Shown here in pieces: positions 26,723 through 29,082 of a stretch of 29,082 bases of DNA. The DNA is taken from contig JAHHIK010000103.1 in the NCBI GenBank assembly GCA_019358935.1, forward strand, positions 1-29,082, given 5' to 3'. The notes under the pieces were generated by a model. It was not told where the DNA came from. It did no database searches and saw only the letters and a list, made by a program, of their open reading frames with translations. The stretch's first letter is position 1. Every line of letters starts with the position of its first letter. This stretch comes from Tolypothrix carrinoi HA7290-LM1 (GTDB taxonomy: Bacteria > Cyanobacteriota > Cyanobacteriia > Cyanobacteriales > Nostocaceae). Made by a program: the position numbers and the translations under genes.

Positions 26723-27243
26723 TAACCAACTTTGATCAATTCCACATCAAAAAGCAGGGTAGCGTTGGGTGGAATGACACCACCAGCACCACGGGCACCA
26801 TAACCTAACTCTGGGGGGATGATTAACTTACGACGACCGCCTACTTTCATAGTGCTAAGTCCTTCGTCCCAACCTTTGATGACTTGTCCGACGCCGAGTT
26901 TAAAGTCGAAGGGACGGTTGCGATCGCGTGAACTATCAAATTTTGTACCATCTTCTAAAGTGCCGGTGTAGTGTACTGTCACCTTTTGTCCGGTTTTAGG
27001 AGTATCACCAGTCCCCTCTACTATTTCGACATACTTCAATCCAGACGGGGTAGTGACGGCATTTTCGTCAGCCATAGTTTTGCTCGCTATCAGGGTATTG
27101 TTTTCAGTTACAGTAGTGGACGCTGGTGTAGTTTGAGTCAAAGGTTCAGCAACAGATGTATCCTGTTTTCCGCCAACTTGAGCCAATACTAAAACCACTA
27201 CACAGACCAGCATGAAACCCACGCTAAGTAAAATTGCTTTCAT
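26722..27243 (-). CDS. FKBP-type peptidyl-prolyl cis-trans isomerase with N-terminal signal/anchor
   Basis: '[16 protein letters not shown]', 'VIKGWDEG', 'IPPELGYG' and '[13 protein letters not shown]'. Confidence 0.96.
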   Translation of the reverse strand: MKAILLSVGFMLVCVVVLVLAQVGGKQDTSVAEPLTQTTPASTTVTENNTLIASKTMADENAVTTPSGLKYVEIVEGTGDTPKTGQKVTVHYTGTLEDGTKFDSSRDRNRPFDFKLGVGQVIKGWDEGLSTMKVGGRRKLIIPPELGYGARGAGGVIPPNATLLFDVELIKVG

Positions 27244-27324
27244 TCATCAGTCCTCCCTACATACGTGGTCTAAGATTCTTGTTTACCAGTAGGACAAAAC
27301 TTAGTTTAAATCAGAAAGCGCATC

Positions 27325-27648
27325 CTAACGCCAGAGCTTATTTTCTAAATCGCGAATTTGACGCTCTAGACGATCAATTCTACCGCGTAGTTCGTCCACT
27401 TCTGACTGGCGAGCAACACCCAAATCCTGCATCATATTTCGCATTTGCCGTTGCATGTTGCCTTCAAAGTTGCCCTGTTCGGACTTTAACTGCTGTGCAA
27501 TATCATCGATTACCGCTTTGGCTTGTTCGGGATTCAGCTTGCCATCTTTGACTAAATCATCGCCCACTTGCTTGAGTTTGTCTGCTACCAAAGAGGTTGT
27601 ACCAATACCAACCATTAATAATTGTTGCACCCAATTGTTGTTGTCCAT
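27325..27648 (-). CDS. Phasin-family-like coiled-coil protein
   Basis: 'LLMVGIG...DDLVKDGKLNPEQAK...DLGVARQSEVDELRGRIDRLE'. Confidence 0.75.
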   Translation of the reverse strand: MDNNNWVQQLLMVGIGTTSLVADKLKQVGDDLVKDGKLNPEQAKAVIDDIAQQLKSEQGNFEGNMQRQMRNMMQDLGVARQSEVDELRGRIDRLERQIRDLENKLWR

Positions 27649-27790
27649 ATTTTTTTCCTATTACTTTTTTTAAACGAGCCGATTCTTGCTTTTGTGTGTA
27701 AGTAATTAAAGCTATGCAAAAAAGCAAGCGCTATTTTAGCCTACAGCTCTATTTTGGCAAATTTGCACTATTATACAAAAAATAAAAGGT

Positions 27791-28100
27791 GTGGTTATCG
27801 AACTACTCAAGGTGAAAATACCGCCCAAACTGCGATAAAAATTTATTCAAACATAATGCAGAAATATGGACAGCAGCGCTGGCTAAGTATCCAGGATTTA
27901 TCGCTTCATAGGTTTGGATCAACCCCAACGATCCCACAGAAGTTGTGCTGATAATTCATTGGGAAACTCGCGAACATTGGCACGCTATACCCAAAGTTGA
28001 TTTAGAGGCGATCGCTTTGAAGTTTGACACCGCGATGGGAAAATCTTATCCTATTGTGGAGTCCGCTGAATATCAAGTGCGGAAATTTCCCCATTCCTAA
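27791..28100 (+). pseudogene. Disrupted ABM-like cyanobacterial protein (TIGR03792-like)
   Basis: Reconstructs as MVIELLKVKIPPKLR*KFIQ../AEIWTAALAKYPGFIAS*VWINPNDPTEVVLIIHWETREHW...YQVRKFPHS. Stops at 27836 and 27909, frameshift near 27854. Confidence 0.7.
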
Positions 28101-28166
28101 AAGCTGTGCCTCTACTAGAAGAGAAAATCGTTATAATCATCTTCGAGTTTTACAAAAAAACCAGCC

Positions 28167-28841
28167 ATGTTATTTAACCTGCCGAGGTACTTGCCCTCTG
28201 CCGAAGAATTACCCGACTCTGACGAGACACCCGTGGATAACGAACTGCAAGAATTAATACCAGGGTTGTTGAAAGCAATACTGCTGATACTTTGGTCAGA
28301 GCGCATGGACTGGTTTTTTGGCGTAGATATGGGTATTTATTATCACCCCGATAAGCCGCCGATTGTACCAGATGGATTTCTCAGCTTAGGGGTAGAGCGC
28401 GTTTATGATGAAGAATTACGCCCCAGTTATGTACTGTGGGATGAAAATGTTATTCCTATTTTGGTGCTAGAAGTAGTTTCCCAAAATTATCGTAAAGAAT
28501 ATAGCACCAAATTAGATGAATATGCGGCTTTGGGTGTACTTTATTATGTAATTTATTCATCTCGTCGTCGCCGCAAACCGCGTTTGGAAGTGCATCGGTT
28601 AGTTAATGGTAAGTATGAATTACAAGAAGGAAATCCCGTTTGGCTACCGGAGATTAATTTGGGAATTGGTTGCGAACGGGGAAATTATTGCGGAGTGACG
28701 CGAGAATGGATGTATTGGTATGATGAGCAGTTGAAACGATATCCCACACCACAAGAACGAATTAAACAAGCAGAACAACGATCGCAAAGACTAGCCGAAC
28801 AATTGCGATCGCTTGGCATAGATCCTGATACTCTTGATTAA
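28167..28841 (+). CDS. Uma2 (DUF820) family endonuclease-like protein
   Basis: 'LPDSDETPVDNELQ', 'IVPDGF', 'LVLEVVS', 'KLDEYAALGVLYYVIY' and C-terminal 'LAEQLRSLGIDPD'. Confidence 0.92.
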   Translation: MLFNLPRYLPSAEELPDSDETPVDNELQELIPGLLKAILLILWSERMDWFFGVDMGIYYHPDKPPIVPDGFLSLGVERVYDEELRPSYVLWDENVIPILVLEVVSQNYRKEYSTKLDEYAALGVLYYVIYSSRRRRKPRLEVHRLVNGKYELQEGNPVWLPEINLGIGCERGNYCGVTREWMYWYDEQLKRYPTPQERIKQAEQRSQRLAEQLRSLGIDPDTLD

Positions 28842-28850
28842 AACGATGTC

Positions 28851-29082
28851 TTTTGACGCGACCAACAACGCACCTCCTACGTTATTGGATAGTGGTTAAT
28901 TGATAGTTGAAGCGTTGGAAGTTGCATTTTTGACGCGACCAACAACGCACCTCCCACGTTATTGGATAGTGGTTAATTGATAGTTGAAGCGTTGGAAGTT
29001 GCATTTTTGACGCGACCAACAACGCACCTCCCACGTTATTGGATAGTGGTTAATTGATAGTTGAAGCGTTGGAAGTTGCATT
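28851..29082. repeat. 77-bp tandem repeat, at least 3 near-identical copies, running off the window
   Basis: GACGCGACC at 28855, 28932 and 29009. The single difference is CTCCTAC in copy 1 versus CTCCCAC in copies 2 and 3. Confidence 0.95.

Noticed and set aside
27754..28306. ORFs 27754..27951, 28024..28257 and 28115..28306
   Set aside because: Off-frame or antisense overlaps of the pseudogene and the Uma2 gene.
28851..29082. CRISPR array
   Set aside because: The period is CRISPR-like, but whole units are identical, with no unique spacers, no GAAAC-type end and no cas genes in the window.

Overview
Chromosomal window from a filamentous, probably heterocyst-forming (Nostocales-type) cyanobacterium, inferred from dense HIP1 (GCGATCGC) sites, STRR-type heptamer/octamer repeats and a DnaB intein. 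1-2.6 kb is accessory: small toxin/antitoxin- or nuclease-like gene pairs, each separated by ~31-bp-period HIP1 tandem arrays. 2.6-8.7 kb holds a divergent pair of AAA_35 (STAND-like) ATPases (one membrane-anchored with about 17 WD40 repeats, one with an N-terminal HTH) plus a small secreted protein gene interrupted by an in-frame TAG, with phased 11-bp repeats in the promoter region. 9.1-11.4 kb has an ABC1 kinase and a membrane protein. 11.7-20.5 kb is a glycosylation cluster whose ABC exporter has two HisKA-like helical hairpins at its C-terminus. The rest is mostly housekeeping: gloB, rplI, dnaB (429-aa LAGLIDADG intein), a decayed parDE pair, an FKBP PPIase, a phasin-like gene, a pseudogene, a Uma2 nuclease, and a 77-bp tandem repeat running off the end. 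Family calls come from motif recognition by eye; no searches were run.
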